Positions 12,137 through 24,793 are shown, counted from the stretch's first letter. The stretch is 64,000 nt of DNA from an uncultured Gaiellaceae bacterium (GCA_963842285.1 CAWJFZ010000011.1:332120-396119); one strand, 5' to 3'. The notes: generated by a model from the sequence alone, not told the origin. Numbers and translations: made by a program.

Positions 12137-14840
12137 TCACCCCGCCCCGAAGCATACGAATCCGGCACGGGCCGCGACAGCCTCGATCCCGTCGCCGGCG
12201 GCGGCCTGGGCCTGCACGAGCGCCTCGGAAGGGCGGTCTCCGGCGGCCAGCCCGCGGTGGAACGCTTTCATCAGCACGGTGCTCGTCTCGTCGGGGACGG
12301 TCACGACGCTCGCGACGATCGTCGAGCTCCCGAGGGCGAGGAGGGTTGCGGTGAGCCCCATCAGCTCGTCGCCCGCGCGCACCTCGGACAAGCCGGACTC
12401 GCAGGCCGAGAGCACGCACAGCGCTGGTGCGTCGTCGAGCGACTCGAAGTCGTACACGGTGAGCGGACCGTCGGCGAGGTCGATCGACGAGAAGAGCGGG
12501 TTGTCGGAGCGGAACGACCCGTGCGCCGCGAGGTGCAGCACGTCCGCCCCGTCCAGTGCCTTCAGGACGGCCGGCGCCGTGGCCGCTGCCCCGAGGAGCG
12601 GTGAGGCGCCGTACAGGGCAGCCACCGCGCTCGCCTCCGGGCTCGCGAACGGCAGTCCGGGGCCGGCGGCGACCGTCACTCGAGCCCGCGCACCGATCGG
12701 GCGATACCGCGTCTCGGCGTGGCCCCAGGCGGCCGCCGAAGGTGCGACCGCGTACGGACGCCCGGCCAGGCTCGGCGCGATCGACCAGGGCATCGCGTGC
12801 AGGACGCCGGTCGGAACGAGCACGAGCGGGCGATCGCCGAGCTCGGCGGCGAGCGGTCGGAGCAACAGCGCGTCGAGCCGCTCGGCCGCGTGGGTTGCCG
12901 CGTCGGAAGCGGCAGCCTGAACGGGCGCGGCGGTGGTCGATCGGGCCAGCCGGCGCAGGGCGAAGCGGAGCGCGTCGAGCTCCGTCCGGGCTTCGGCGGC
13001 GTCCCCCAGAGCATGCAGGCGCACCCGCCCCGAGCACAGCGTGACCGCGCGCAGCCGGCCCTCGGCCTCCAGGTAGGTGACGAGGGCCCGTTCCCCGAGC
13101 AGATCGCCGAGCTCTCGGACGGTGAGCCGCGCGGCCGCGCCTCGTGGCGTTGCCGGCCGCATGGCGCGTGCGGCGCCGCACCGATTCCTCCAGCGTGACC
13201 TGGCGCCGGCGGAGCTCCCGGACGTCCTGCCCCGCCAGCGACCCTTCCTGGACGTCCGCGACGATGCGCCGCAGATCGGCGAGCTCGGCCGCGAGCTCGT
13301 CGTTGTCCGGCGGACGGACCGGTCGCAGCCCCAGAGCACCGACACGGCCCTCCTCCAGCCAGGCGAGGACGCGGCGAGGGTCGTCGTCCTCGAGAGCCAG
13401 CCGCAGCCCGAGCGCCGTGAGCTCCTCGGCCTGACCGCCCACCTGTGCGCGCAGCTCGGTCGCGCCGAGGGCGACGCGGTACTCGTTCAGCAGGCGGACG
13501 CCCGACCGGAGCGCGGCGTAGGCCTTGGGCCGACTGCCGTCCGCGAGCGCGAGCAGGGCACTCGCGTGCTTCGCCCGCACGCGGAGGTCGACCGGCTCGC
13601 GCCGGCTGACCCGGACCTGGGCGAGAGCACGCCGCGCCGCGACCGTGCGGCCCAGTGCGAGAGCGATCCGTGCACCCAGGAGGTGGGCGTCGAGGGCGGC
13701 GACCGACCAGCCGGCCGACGCAAGCGACGACGCGGCGCGGCGGGAGGCGCGCAGTGACTCGACCGACGGTCCCTGCTCGAGGAACGTCGCCCGTAGTGCC
13801 GCGTAGCGGGCGAGCGCGGCCCAGCGTGGCCGCCGCTGGCGGCCGAAGGCGCGCCCCGCCGTCTCGGCCTCGCTCCGCGCCGTCTGGAAGTCGCCGTCTA
13901 CGAGGGCCGTCTCGGCGAGCATCAGCCGGGCCTCCGCCGTCTCGAGCGCCATGCTGCCGCGCGCGAGCTCGGACACGGCCTGCTCGGCTGCCCCGCGCGC
14001 CTCAGCGACGAGGCGAACGGTCAACAGCAGCTCGCAGCGGTCGCTCAGCCCGTAGGCAAGCGGCACGCCCTGGGCCCGCCGCCGCTCCTGTGAGCTGTCG
14101 TAGAGGTCGAGCGCGGTCGGAACGTCCCCGCGGCGCGCGGCGACCCAGCCGAGATTGTGCTCGACCTCGGCGAGAGCCAGATCGAGCTCGAGCTCGGAGT
14201 AGATCTGTGAGGAAGCGGAGAGGTCGTCCTCGGCCAGACCCAGCGAGCCGCGATATGCGTGCACGAGCCCACGGTTGTTCAGCGCCCGCGCCTCCCAGAG
14301 CCGGTCGCCGTGGCGGCGCAGGACGACGAGCGCCGCGCGGTAGCCCTCGAGCGCCTCCTCGAGCCGGTGGTGGTGATGGAGGAGGATCGCCCGTTGCAGC
14401 TGCAGCCGCGCGCCGGCCAGCCCGTTCAGCGCGACGCCCGCCGCGTCGATCTCGCGAAAGGCGCCGCGCGAGTCGCCCGTGTAGAGCAGAGCGCGGCCGA
14501 GGCTCATCCGTGCCTCGGCCGCCCGCACCCGCAGGTCGGCAGCAGCCGCGACCCCCACGGCGCGCCGCAGATGGACGACGGCCGCATCGCCGTCCCGCAA
14601 CCCCAGCGCGGCGAGGCCGAGTGCGCGTTCCGCCACCGCAACTGCCTCGACGTCGTCCTCCGCGCGCCGCAGTGCCGCCTCTGCGAGCACCCTCGCGCGC
14701 CGGGGCGAGTCCGGGGCGAGCTCGATCGCCCGCTCGGCGTCGGCGAGAGGCGTGTCGTCTCGAAGGTCGAGGTCGGTCGGCTCGGACCTCACTACGCCCG
14801 AGCGTAGTCGAGTCGGCCGAGGCTCACACACGGTGCTCAC
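12137..14840 (-). CDS. TPR-repeat / CHAT-domain (caspase-like) protein
   Basis: GTG 14840. About 500 aa of Ala/Leu/Arg-rich TPR-like helical repeats are followed by a frame change near 13140. A CHAT domain then carries the His/Cys dyad (DVLHLAAHG ... CVLSACESG) and ends at 12137. Confidence 0.85.
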
Positions 14841-14930
14841 TGTCGCCCCACGTGAAAGAGAGAGGCGAACGCGCCCGCAGATACATCACCGGGTTGCGAA
14901 CGATCGCGCGACGCATACGATCTGACGGCG

Positions 14931-16127
14931 ATGGCACGCGAGCGAGAGCCCCGGGATCCGCGTAGAGCGATCCAACGTCATCGGGAGACGAGGCTTCCCG
15001 ACCGCGAGGACGTTCTGCTGACGCTCGGGGAGCGCCCGCACCTGCACACCCCGAACGAGCTCTTCGTCGCGCGGGAGGACCTGCCGCTGCTGGCGCGCAC
15101 GCTCGAGGAGCTGGACGCCAAGGAGCTCGACACGACCCCGGGCATCGAGGAGCGCCTGCTGCGGTTCGAGCTGCCGGCCGGCGAGGACTTCCCGGGGGCG
15201 ATCGGCAGGCTGCGCGTCCGCGATGACGATGCCTTGCCCCGCGTCTCGCCCCACCACGTGCTCTGCGGGCTGCCGTTCGTGCAGGGCGGTCCCGCGGGCT
15301 TCGCCGTCGCCGCGGAGGAGGGCGTGGAGTTCTCGGACGGCCACGGCGAGGGGGCTCGCGTCGCCGTGATCGACACCGGGTACACGCCGCGCCTGCACCC
15401 GTGGCTCGACACCCGCACGACTGCCGGGCCGAACACCCTCGAGGACACCGACGTCAACCCGCAGAACGGCTGGCTCGACGACGAGTCGGGTCACGGCACG
15501 TTCATCGCGGGCGTGGTCCTCCAGCGCGCTCCGAACGCGACGATCGAGATCGCCAAGGTGCTCGACACCGAGGGCTACGGCTCCGAGCTCGACGTCGCGC
15601 GCGCGATCCTCGACCATGCCGACGCCGACGTGATCAATCTCTCGCTCGGCTGCTACAGCCACGACGACCAGCCGCCGCTGGCCATCGCCGAAGCACTCCG
15701 ACACGTCTCGCCGACGACGGTGGTCGTCGCGGCCGCCGGCAACGACTCGACGCACCGACCACTCTGGCCTGCCGCCCACAAGCGCGTGCTCGCCGTGGCG
15801 GCCGTCGACGACGACCTGGAGAGGGCACCCTTCTCGAACTTCGGCTGGTGGGTGGACGTCGCCGCCCGCGGGGTTCAGGTGCTGAGCACGTTCCTCGAGT
15901 TCGACGAGTCCGGGCACACGAGGCCGATTCCGGGTCGCGTGCCGCAGAGCTTCCGCCGCTGGGCGCATTGGAGTGGCACCTCCTTCGCCGCGCCGAAGAT
16001 CTCGGGCGAGATCGCCGCGACGATGACCCGGCTCGGCTCCGCCAGCGCGCGCGAAGCCGCAGCCGCCTTGCTCGCCGGCCAGAGCCGCCGGCCCGATGGC
16101 GCAGTCGGCACCGTCTTCGACATCTAA
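14931..16127 (+). CDS. Signal-less S8 (subtilisin-like) serine peptidase with unassigned N-terminal domain
   Basis: Uninterrupted 398-aa ORF with an ATG start. Triad motifs VAVIDTG, HGTFIAG and SGTSFAAP, plus AAAGND. There is no signal peptide, and the ~130-aa N-terminal extension is of unknown type. Confidence 0.9.
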   Translation: MAREREPRDPRRAIQRHRETRLPDREDVLLTLGERPHLHTPNELFVAREDLPLLARTLEELDAKELDTTPGIEERLLRFELPAGEDFPGAIGRLRVRDDDALPRVSPHHVLCGLPFVQGGPAGFAVAAEEGVEFSDGHGEGARVAVIDTGYTPRLHPWLDTRTTAGPNTLEDTDVNPQNGWLDDESGHGTFIAGVVLQRAPNATIEIAKVLDTEGYGSELDVARAILDHADADVINLSLGCYSHDDQPPLAIAEALRHVSPTTVVVAAAGNDSTHRPLWPAAHKRVLAVAAVDDDLERAPFSNFGWWVDVAARGVQVLSTFLEFDESGHTRPIPGRVPQSFRRWAHWSGTSFAAPKISGEIAATMTRLGSASAREAAAALLAGQSRRPDGAVGTVFDI

Positions 16128-16225
16128 TCCGGGCTCCGATGTATCAGGAGGCCCGACTGGGCGCTCTATCCCGTCGACGTCGCGAGCGAATCGCGCCACC
16201 GCCGATGAAGGGAGAGCTTCCGATC

Positions 16226-16909
16226 ATGTCCATCGCGCTCGACGCACGCTCCGCGACCGGCTCGACGAGCCGTCGCGGCATCCGCTCCGCTGTGCTCCTG
16301 GACTCACACCCGCTGCTGCTCGAGATCGTCGAGCGGGTGCTCGAGGCAGCCGGGGTGACGACCGTCTCGAAGCAGACGACGGCGGAGGAAGCCCTCGACG
16401 CCGTCCGCGAGCATCGCCCCGACCTCTTCCTCCTCGATCTCCGCAATGCCGGCGGTGTCGAGAGCATCCAGGAGGCACGGCAGCTCGTCCCCGGCCTCAA
16501 GACGATCGTTCTCGCGGACACCGCCGACGACGCGATGCTCGCCGCCGCCTTCGCCGCAGGGACGACCGTGGCGATCTCGCGCTCGGCATCGCCGGACGAT
16601 CTGGCCCTGGCGGCCCGCCAGGCCTTCGAGCCCTCCATCTTCCTCGCCCACACGAAGCGCGCCGCGCCGGCGCCGGCTCCCCCGGATCCGCACGACGATC
16701 CGCTCACGAAGCGGGAGCGCGAGATCCTGTGCCTCGTCGCCGAGGGATACACCAACGGCCGGGTCGGCAAGCTCCTGTGGGTGACCGAGCAGACGGTCAA
16801 GTTCCACCTCTCCAACATCTACCGGAAGCTCGATGTGGCGAACCGGACCGAAGCCAGCCGCTGGGCACAGCGCCACGGCCTGCTCGCCGAGGCGCCCGTC
16901 GCCGCATGA
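16226..16909 (+). CDS. LuxR/NarL-family response regulator (orphan)
   Basis: ATG 16226 with GGGAGAG upstream. A receiver domain (DLFLLDL, TIVLAD) is followed by a LuxR HTH (LTKREREILCLVAEGYTNGRVGKLLWVTEQTVKFHLSNIYRKLDV). No histidine kinase lies nearby. Confidence 0.88.
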   Translation: MSIALDARSATGSTSRRGIRSAVLLDSHPLLLEIVERVLEAAGVTTVSKQTTAEEALDAVREHRPDLFLLDLRNAGGVESIQEARQLVPGLKTIVLADTADDAMLAAAFAAGTTVAISRSASPDDLALAARQAFEPSIFLAHTKRAAPAPAPPDPHDDPLTKREREILCLVAEGYTNGRVGKLLWVTEQTVKFHLSNIYRKLDVANRTEASRWAQRHGLLAEAPVAA

Positions 16910-16970
16910 GCGAGGCGAAGAGGGTGTATCAGGCCGGTCGCTCGCGACTCATTCAAGGCGAGGGGACACG

Positions 16971-16998
16971 GGGAGAGGCCGGCGGCCCGGCCTCTCCC
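16971..16998. terminator. Hairpin between convergent genes
   Basis: GGGAGAGGCCGG-CGGC-CCGGCCTCTCCC forms a 12-bp stem between the response-regulator stop (16909) and the PCD stop (17015). Confidence 0.6.
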
Positions 16999-17014
16999 TG
17001 ACGGCTTCGTCGGC

Positions 17015-17352
17015 TCAGCGCGCGAGCTCGTCGGTCTTCGCGGCCATGATGAAGTCGTTGCGGTGCAGGCCACGGATCTTGTGCGTCCACCAGGTGACGG
17101 TCGTCCGCCCCCACTCGGTCAGGAGCGCGGGATGATGCCCCTCCGACTCGGCGAGCTCGCCGACCGCCCCGTGAACGCGAGCGCCTGCGCGAAGTCGTCG
17201 AAGGGGAAGACGCGCCTGAGCCGCTTGATCCCGTCGAGCTCCACGAGCTCCCAGTCGGAGACCTGGGGCTGCAGCTCGGCGATCTCGGCGTCCGTCACGG
17301 TCGGGGCGTCCCGTCGGCACGCGACGCACGTCTGCCGTGTCAGAGGCTCCAT
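17015..17352 (-). CDS. Pterin-4a-carbinolamine dehydratase (PCD/DCoH, COG2154)
   Basis: ATG 17352 reads [42 protein letters not shown]. After a frame change near 17150 it continues [42 protein letters not shown]. The E-x-HHP ... W-T-H pattern is the PCD signature. Confidence 0.85.
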
Positions 17353-17371
17353 CTCCTGCAGCGTACTGCCC

Positions 17372-17408
17372 CGAAAAGATGAAGACCGCGGAGGGGGCCG
17401 CGGTCTTC
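17372..17408 (-). terminator. Rho-independent-type terminator (minus strand)
   Basis: On the minus strand, GAAGACCGCGG-loop-CCGCGGTCTTC is followed by ATCTTTTC. It lies downstream of the Mo-oxidoreductase gene and upstream of the PCD gene. Confidence 0.65.
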
Positions 17409-17499
17409 GAGGGGTGAATCTGGGGAGGTGGGTACCCCAGATATCGGCGCCACCCGCCTCGTCTGTAGTCACCCGTCCGAGTGATTCGGCCCAGCCACG

Positions 17500-18106
17500 C
17501 TAGAAGCCGTAGCGCTGCTCCTCGAAGGGGTCGGCGTCGTTGTGGTAGCCGTAGCGCTCCCAGAAGCCGGGGCGGTCGGTCGCCGAGAGCTCGATCCCGC
17601 GCAGCCACTTCGCGCTCTTCCAGAAGTACTTGCCGGGGATGACGAGGCGCAGCGGCCAGCCGTGCTCCGCCGCGAGCGGCTCGCCGTCGCGTGCGTCGCC
17701 AGGAGCGCGTGCTCGTCGCGCAGGAACGAGATCGGCACGTTGGCCGTGAAGCCCTGCTCCGCCAGGGCGATCGCGTAGTGCGCGCTCTGCTTCGGGCTGA
17801 CGAGCTCCTCCAGCTCGCGCCAGTGGACGCCGCGAGAACGTCATGTCGAACTTGGACCAGCGGGTGACGCAGTGGATGTCCTGGGTGTGCTCCGTCCGCG
17901 GGAGCGCGTTCAGCTCGTCCCAGGAGAGCGAGACTGGGATTCTCGACCTCGCCCGACACCTCGAAGTCCAGCGTGGCGAGGTCGGTCGACGGGATCGAGC
18001 CCGCGTGCAGGACCGGCCACTTCTCGGTCAGGTACTGGCCGGGCGGGAGCCGGGCGGGGTCGTAGCCCGCCTCGAGCACCTTCTTCTCCGCCTTGGCCCG
18101 GAACAC
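17500..18106 (-). CDS. Small sulfite-oxidase-like molybdopterin oxidoreductase
   Basis: GTG 18106. Fragments in three frames join into a ~200-aa Oxidored_molyb protein: [29 protein letters not shown] (Mo-ligand Cys), [44 protein letters not shown]. There are about three frame changes (near 17925, 17840 and 17700). Confidence 0.82.
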
Positions 18107-18130
18107 CGTCTCCTACAGTAACCGTCGAGA

Positions 18131-18889
18131 TGCGCGTTACGCCTTTCGTCCGCGGTCGTACGTCGGGTCGCCGGCCCGGGCGCCGAGGAGTACCTGCACC
18201 GCATGGTCTCCAACGACGTGGCCGCGCTCGCGCCCGGCGCGGCCTGCGAGGCGCTGCTGCTGACCGCCAAGGCGCGGGTGATCGCGCCGCTCGTCGTCCT
18301 CCGGCGCGCGCCCGACGACTTCCTGCTCCTGACCGAGCCGAGCTCGGCGAGCGCGTCGCGACCGAGCTGCTGCGGTCGCGCTTCGCGCGAAGGCCGAGAT
18401 CGAGCTCGAGCAGCACGCCTCGCACGTCGTCTTCGGCGGTGAGGGCATCCCGACCGCCGACTACGGCGAGCCTGCTGCCGAGGTGCTCGACGCCGGGCTC
18501 GGACGCGACCGTCACGCCCGCCGAGCTCGAGCTGCTGCGGATCCGCGCGCGGCACCGCCGCGCTGGGGCCGCGAGCTGGACGAGCGCGTCCTGCCCGCGG
18601 AGGCGGGGCTCGTGGAGCGCGCCGTCGAGCTTCGAGAAGGGCTGCTATCCCGGCCAGGAGCCGATCGCGCGGCTCCACTACCGCGGGCACGCGAACCGCG
18701 GCCTGCGCGTGCTCGCGCTCGACGAGCTGCCCGCCGCCGAGACCGAGATCGTCTACGACGGCAAGAGCGTCGGCCGGATCACGAGCGCCGCCGCGCTGCC
18801 GACGGAGCCGTCGCCCTCGCCTACGTTCGCCGCGAGGTCCCTGCAGACGCGGTCAGGTCGGCCGGTCGGTGGCGACCCAGCTACACTGA
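18131..18889 (+). CDS. YgfZ/GcvT-like folate-binding protein
   Basis: GPGAEEYLHRMVSNDVAAL, LLLTAKARV and the family signature KGCYPGQEPIARLHYRGH are present. The fragments lie in all three frames, with at least four changes. Both ends are approximate. Confidence 0.7.
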
Positions 18890-18925
18890 CCACCCGCCGT
18901 ACTGCCTGACGCTGACTCACCTCAG

Positions 18926-18998
18926 GCGCCCGTAGCTCAGGGGATAGAGCGCTGCCCTGCGGAGGCAGAGGTCGCACGTTCGAATCGTGCCGGGCGCA
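18926..18998 (+). tRNA. tRNA-Arg, anticodon GCG
   Basis: Manual cloverleaf: acceptor GCGCCCG/CGGGCGC, D-arm GCTC-AGGGGATA-GAGC, anticodon arm CTGCC-CTGCGGA-GGCAG (positions 34-36 are GCG), variable loop AGGTC, T-arm GCACG-TTCGAAT-CGTGC, discriminator A. CCA is not encoded. The backbone closely resembles the E. coli tRNA-Arg(CCG) sequence as I recall it. Confidence 0.9.
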
Positions 18999-19362
18999 TC
19001 AGTCGCACCGTCGCCTCACCGTGCCGCCGCCAGGCGAGCGCAGCTGCGCCAGTGCAGCGCCGCGGCGCGACGACGATGCTGATGGTAGGCCAGCATCTCG
19101 GCCATGAGACTGACGCTGAGCGCCGTCGGTCGGCGCGGATCTCGGTCAGCCCGAATGTCACGCGCGCCGTGGAGATCGGCTGGCAGTCGCGACCATCGGC
19201 CGCCGCGCTGCGGGCATCGTGCGTCCCCGCGCGTGCTCGGGGTCGCGCGGCGGACTGGTTCTGGACGACCACGCTGGCGTCTGCGGAGCAGCACGGCGCC
19301 GCCCAACGCCGACGATGAGCACGATCGCGAACTACGCGCCACTGGTTCCGAACCGAATGTCC

Positions 19363-21980
<2,618 letters not shown>

Positions 21981-22017
21981 GCACATGCCTCCTAGTGTCG
22001 TGACTTTGTGACATGTT

Positions 22018-22044
22018 CTGGCACTCTCACCTCGAGAGTGCCAG
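22018..22044. promoter_or_regulatory. CIRCE operator (HrcA binding site)
   Basis: CTGGCACTC-N9-GAGTGCCAG is a perfect 9-bp inverted repeat matching the CIRCE consensus TTAGCACTC-N9-GAGTGCTAA in its core. It lies 38 nt upstream of the groES start. Confidence 0.85.
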
Positions 22045-22128
22045 AGCGGCACTGTACCAGACTGCAGAGCCGACGCGCAGCGAGAAGTCTGAGTCGATCT
22101 GACTGAGATCTGTGTTACAAAGGCCGGC

Positions 22129-22575
22129 ATGGCGCGCGAGCTCTCGGCCGGAGGCGTCCTCGTGCGCCGCATGCGCGGCCGCTGGTAGCTCGCGGCGGTC
22201 CGGCCGCAGGGCAAGCCGGAGGGCGTCTGGGCGCTGCCGAAGGGCCTCGATCGACCGGGCGAGCGCGCGGCCGAGACCGCGGTGCGCGAGGACGGCCGAG
22301 GAGACGGGCGTCGAGGCGCGGCTCGACGGCAAGCTCGGCGACGTGCGCTACGTCTACACGCGCGGAGGGCGAGCGCGTGTTCAAGGTCGTCAGCTTCTTC
22401 CTGCTGCGCTACCGGCGCGTGGCCGGATCGGCGAGCTTCCCGCCGGGCATGGAGCTCGAGGTCGCCGAGGCGCGCTGGCTGCCGCTCGACGACGCGCCGC
22501 GGCTGCTCGCCTACCGCGGCGAGCGCGAGATGGCCGCGAGGCGCGATCGAAGCGCTGGCCGACGAGGCTCTATGA
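22129..22575 (+). CDS. NUDIX hydrolase
   Basis: ATG 22129. The Nudix box is visible once frames are joined (ALPKGLI..GE...ETAVRE..EETGVEA), and the protein ends [18 protein letters not shown]. There is an in-frame TAG and at least three frame changes. Confidence 0.75.
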
Positions 22576-22585
22576 GTCCCGCGCG

Positions 22586-22994
22586 GTGGCGACGTACGCG
22601 CTCAACTTCTACTCGCCGATCGTCGCGGACCAGCTGCGCACGCACCGGAAGACGGCGACGATCCGGCTCGGCGACAAGTCGACGAAGTACAAGAAGGGGA
22701 TGATCGTGACCGTGCTCGTCGGCGTCCGCTACGGCCAGCGCGAGAAGGTCTTCGACGCGGTGATCGACAAGGTCGAGGTGAAGCGCCTCGGCGACCTCTC
22801 GCCGCGCGAGATCGAGCACGACAACCCCGAGATCCGCCAGGCCGAGGAGTTCGCGCGCTTCCTCGGCCAGCTCTACAACCGCGAGGTCGACCGAGGACGA
22901 CACGGTCACGGTGATCCGCTTCTCGCAGATCGTCGGGACCAGCCTAGAGCATCGGTGCCGGCTTCAGCCTGGCACCGATTCGTTCACGGACTAG
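22586..22994 (+). CDS. ASCH-domain protein
   Basis: GTG 22586. [45 protein letters not shown] ... [19 protein letters not shown] is an ASCH/PUA-like beta-barrel pattern. The frame changes near 22895 and the 3' end is uncertain. Confidence 0.6.
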
Positions 22995-23283
22995 CGGCCG
23001 GGCTTGCGGATCGGGGCGCCGAAGAGCTCGGCGCGGGCGGACGTCCGCGTCGCACTCCTCGCACTCGACCGCGAACGCAGACGGGAACGGCGCGCCGCAG
23101 GCCGGGCAGCGGGATCGCATCTCGCCGCCGCACTGCGGGCAGCCGGCGGGCAGCTCGGCCTCCCGGTCCTCGAAGAAGTAGCTGCAGCGTGGCCGCAGCG
23201 AGGCAGAACGCGACCCAGTCGCCGAGCGTCTTGCGCCGCTCCTCCTGGATCCAGTTGCGCTTCGGCCGCTTTCCGTCAGACAT
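22991..23283 (-). CDS. Small zinc-ribbon protein
   Basis: ATG 23283 reads MSDGKRPKRNWIQEERRKTLGDW. After a frame change it continues YFFEDREAELPAGCPQCGGEMRSRCPACGAPFPSAFAVECEECDADV, which has three CxxC pairs. Its stop shares the CTAG at 22991-22994 with the convergent ASCH ORF. Confidence 0.5.
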
Positions 23284-23329
23284 ACGGTTAACCGTACCCC
23301 CGCTGGGGCACGCTGGTAGAACCTCTCCC

Positions 23330-24793
23330 TTGCCGGTCAAGCACGTCAATCCGTGGTTCGTCCTCTCGCTCGTCTGCATGGCGCAGTTCATGGTCATCCT
23401 GGACGCGACGATCGTGAACGTCGCCCTGCCGTCGATCCAGACCGACCTCGACGTCGCCGAGGCCGACCTCCAGTGGGTGGTCAACTCGTACACGCTCATC
23501 TTCGGCGGGTTCCTGCTGCTCGGCGGCCGCGCGGGCGACCTGATCGGGCGCAAGCGCCTCTTCCTGGCCGGCCTCGTCGTCTTCACGGTCGCCTCGCTTC
23601 CTGAACGGGATCGCGACCTCCTCCGAGTTTCTGATCCTCGCGCGCGGGCTCCAGGGCCTCGGCGCCGCCTTCGTCGCGCCGGCCGCGCTCTCGATCCTCA
23701 CAACGACGTTCGCGGAGGGCCCGGCAGCGCACGAAGGCGATGGGCGTCTGGGCCGGGATCGCCACGGGCGGTGCCGCCGTCGGCCTGCTGCTCGGCGGCA
23801 TCCTCGTCGAGTTCCTCTCGTGGCCGTGGATCTTCTTCGTCAACGTGCCCGTCGGCATCGCGGTCTTCCTGCTCTCGCTCGCGCTAGTGCCGGAGTCGCG
23901 CTCGGACGCCGAGCACCGCATCTTCGACGTCCCCGGCGCGGTCACGGTCACCGCGGGCCTGATCGCGCTCGTCTACGGGATCGTCAACGTGCAGGAGTCG
24001 GGCTGGACGTCGCCGAGCACGATCGGCTTCGGCGTCGTCGCGCTCGTCCTGCTCACCGCGTTCGTCCTGATCGAGCTGCGCGCAGAAGGCACCGCTCGTG
24101 CGGCTCGACATCTTCCGCGTCAAGACGCTGCGCGCCGCCAACGTGGCGATGCTGATGGTCGCCTCGGGGCTCTTCGCGATGTTCTTCTTCAACACGCTCT
24201 ACGTCCAGCGCGTGCTCGGCTTCTCGCCGCTCGAGGCGGGCCTCGCGTTCCTGCCGGTCACGGTCGGGATCGGCATCGGCGCGGGTCTCTCGCAGCCGCT
24301 CGTCAAGCGGCTCGGCATCCGCACGACCTCGATCATCGGCATGTCGATCGCCACCGTCGGAATGCTCCTCCTGCTCACGACCGACGCGAACGGCACCTAC
24401 CTCGGCGACGTCCTGCCGGGCCTGATCCCGATCTCGATCGGCATGGGCCTGACGTTCGTGCCGGTGACGCTGCTCGCGACGAGCGGGATGGCGCACGAGG
24501 ACGCGGGCCTCGCCTCCGGCCTCTTCAACACCTCGCAGCAGGTCGGCGGTGCGCTCGGGCTCGCGATCCTCTCCACGCTCGCGGTCGACCGCACGACCGA
24601 CAGCCTGAGCGGCGTGTCCGGCCAGCCGACCGCCGCCGACCAGGCGGAGGCGCTCGTGACCGGCTTCCACGCGGCCTTCTTCGGCGGCGCGGTCTTCTTC
24701 GTCGCCGGCATCATCGCGATGGTGACGCTGCTGAAGCGGGACGACGTGGCGGAGGTCGACACCGACCGCCCCATGACCGAGATGGCCGCCTAG
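23330..24793 (+). CDS. MFS transporter, DHA2 (EmrB/QacA-like, 14-TMS) family
   Basis: WFVLSLVCMAQFMVILDATIVNVALPSIQTDL, LLGGRAGDLIGRKRLF, GLQGLGAAFVAPAALSIL, WIFFVNVPVG and FNTSQQVGGALGLAIL are present. The start (TTG 23330) is tentative. There are about three frame changes (near 23600, 23720 and 24090). Confidence 0.88.

Noticed and set aside
18999-19362. Possible integrated element or integrase remnant next to the tRNA-Arg gene.
   Set aside because: No integrase, recombinase or transposase motifs appear in any frame, and no direct repeat of the tRNA 3' end is found downstream. Only unassignable short ORFs are present.
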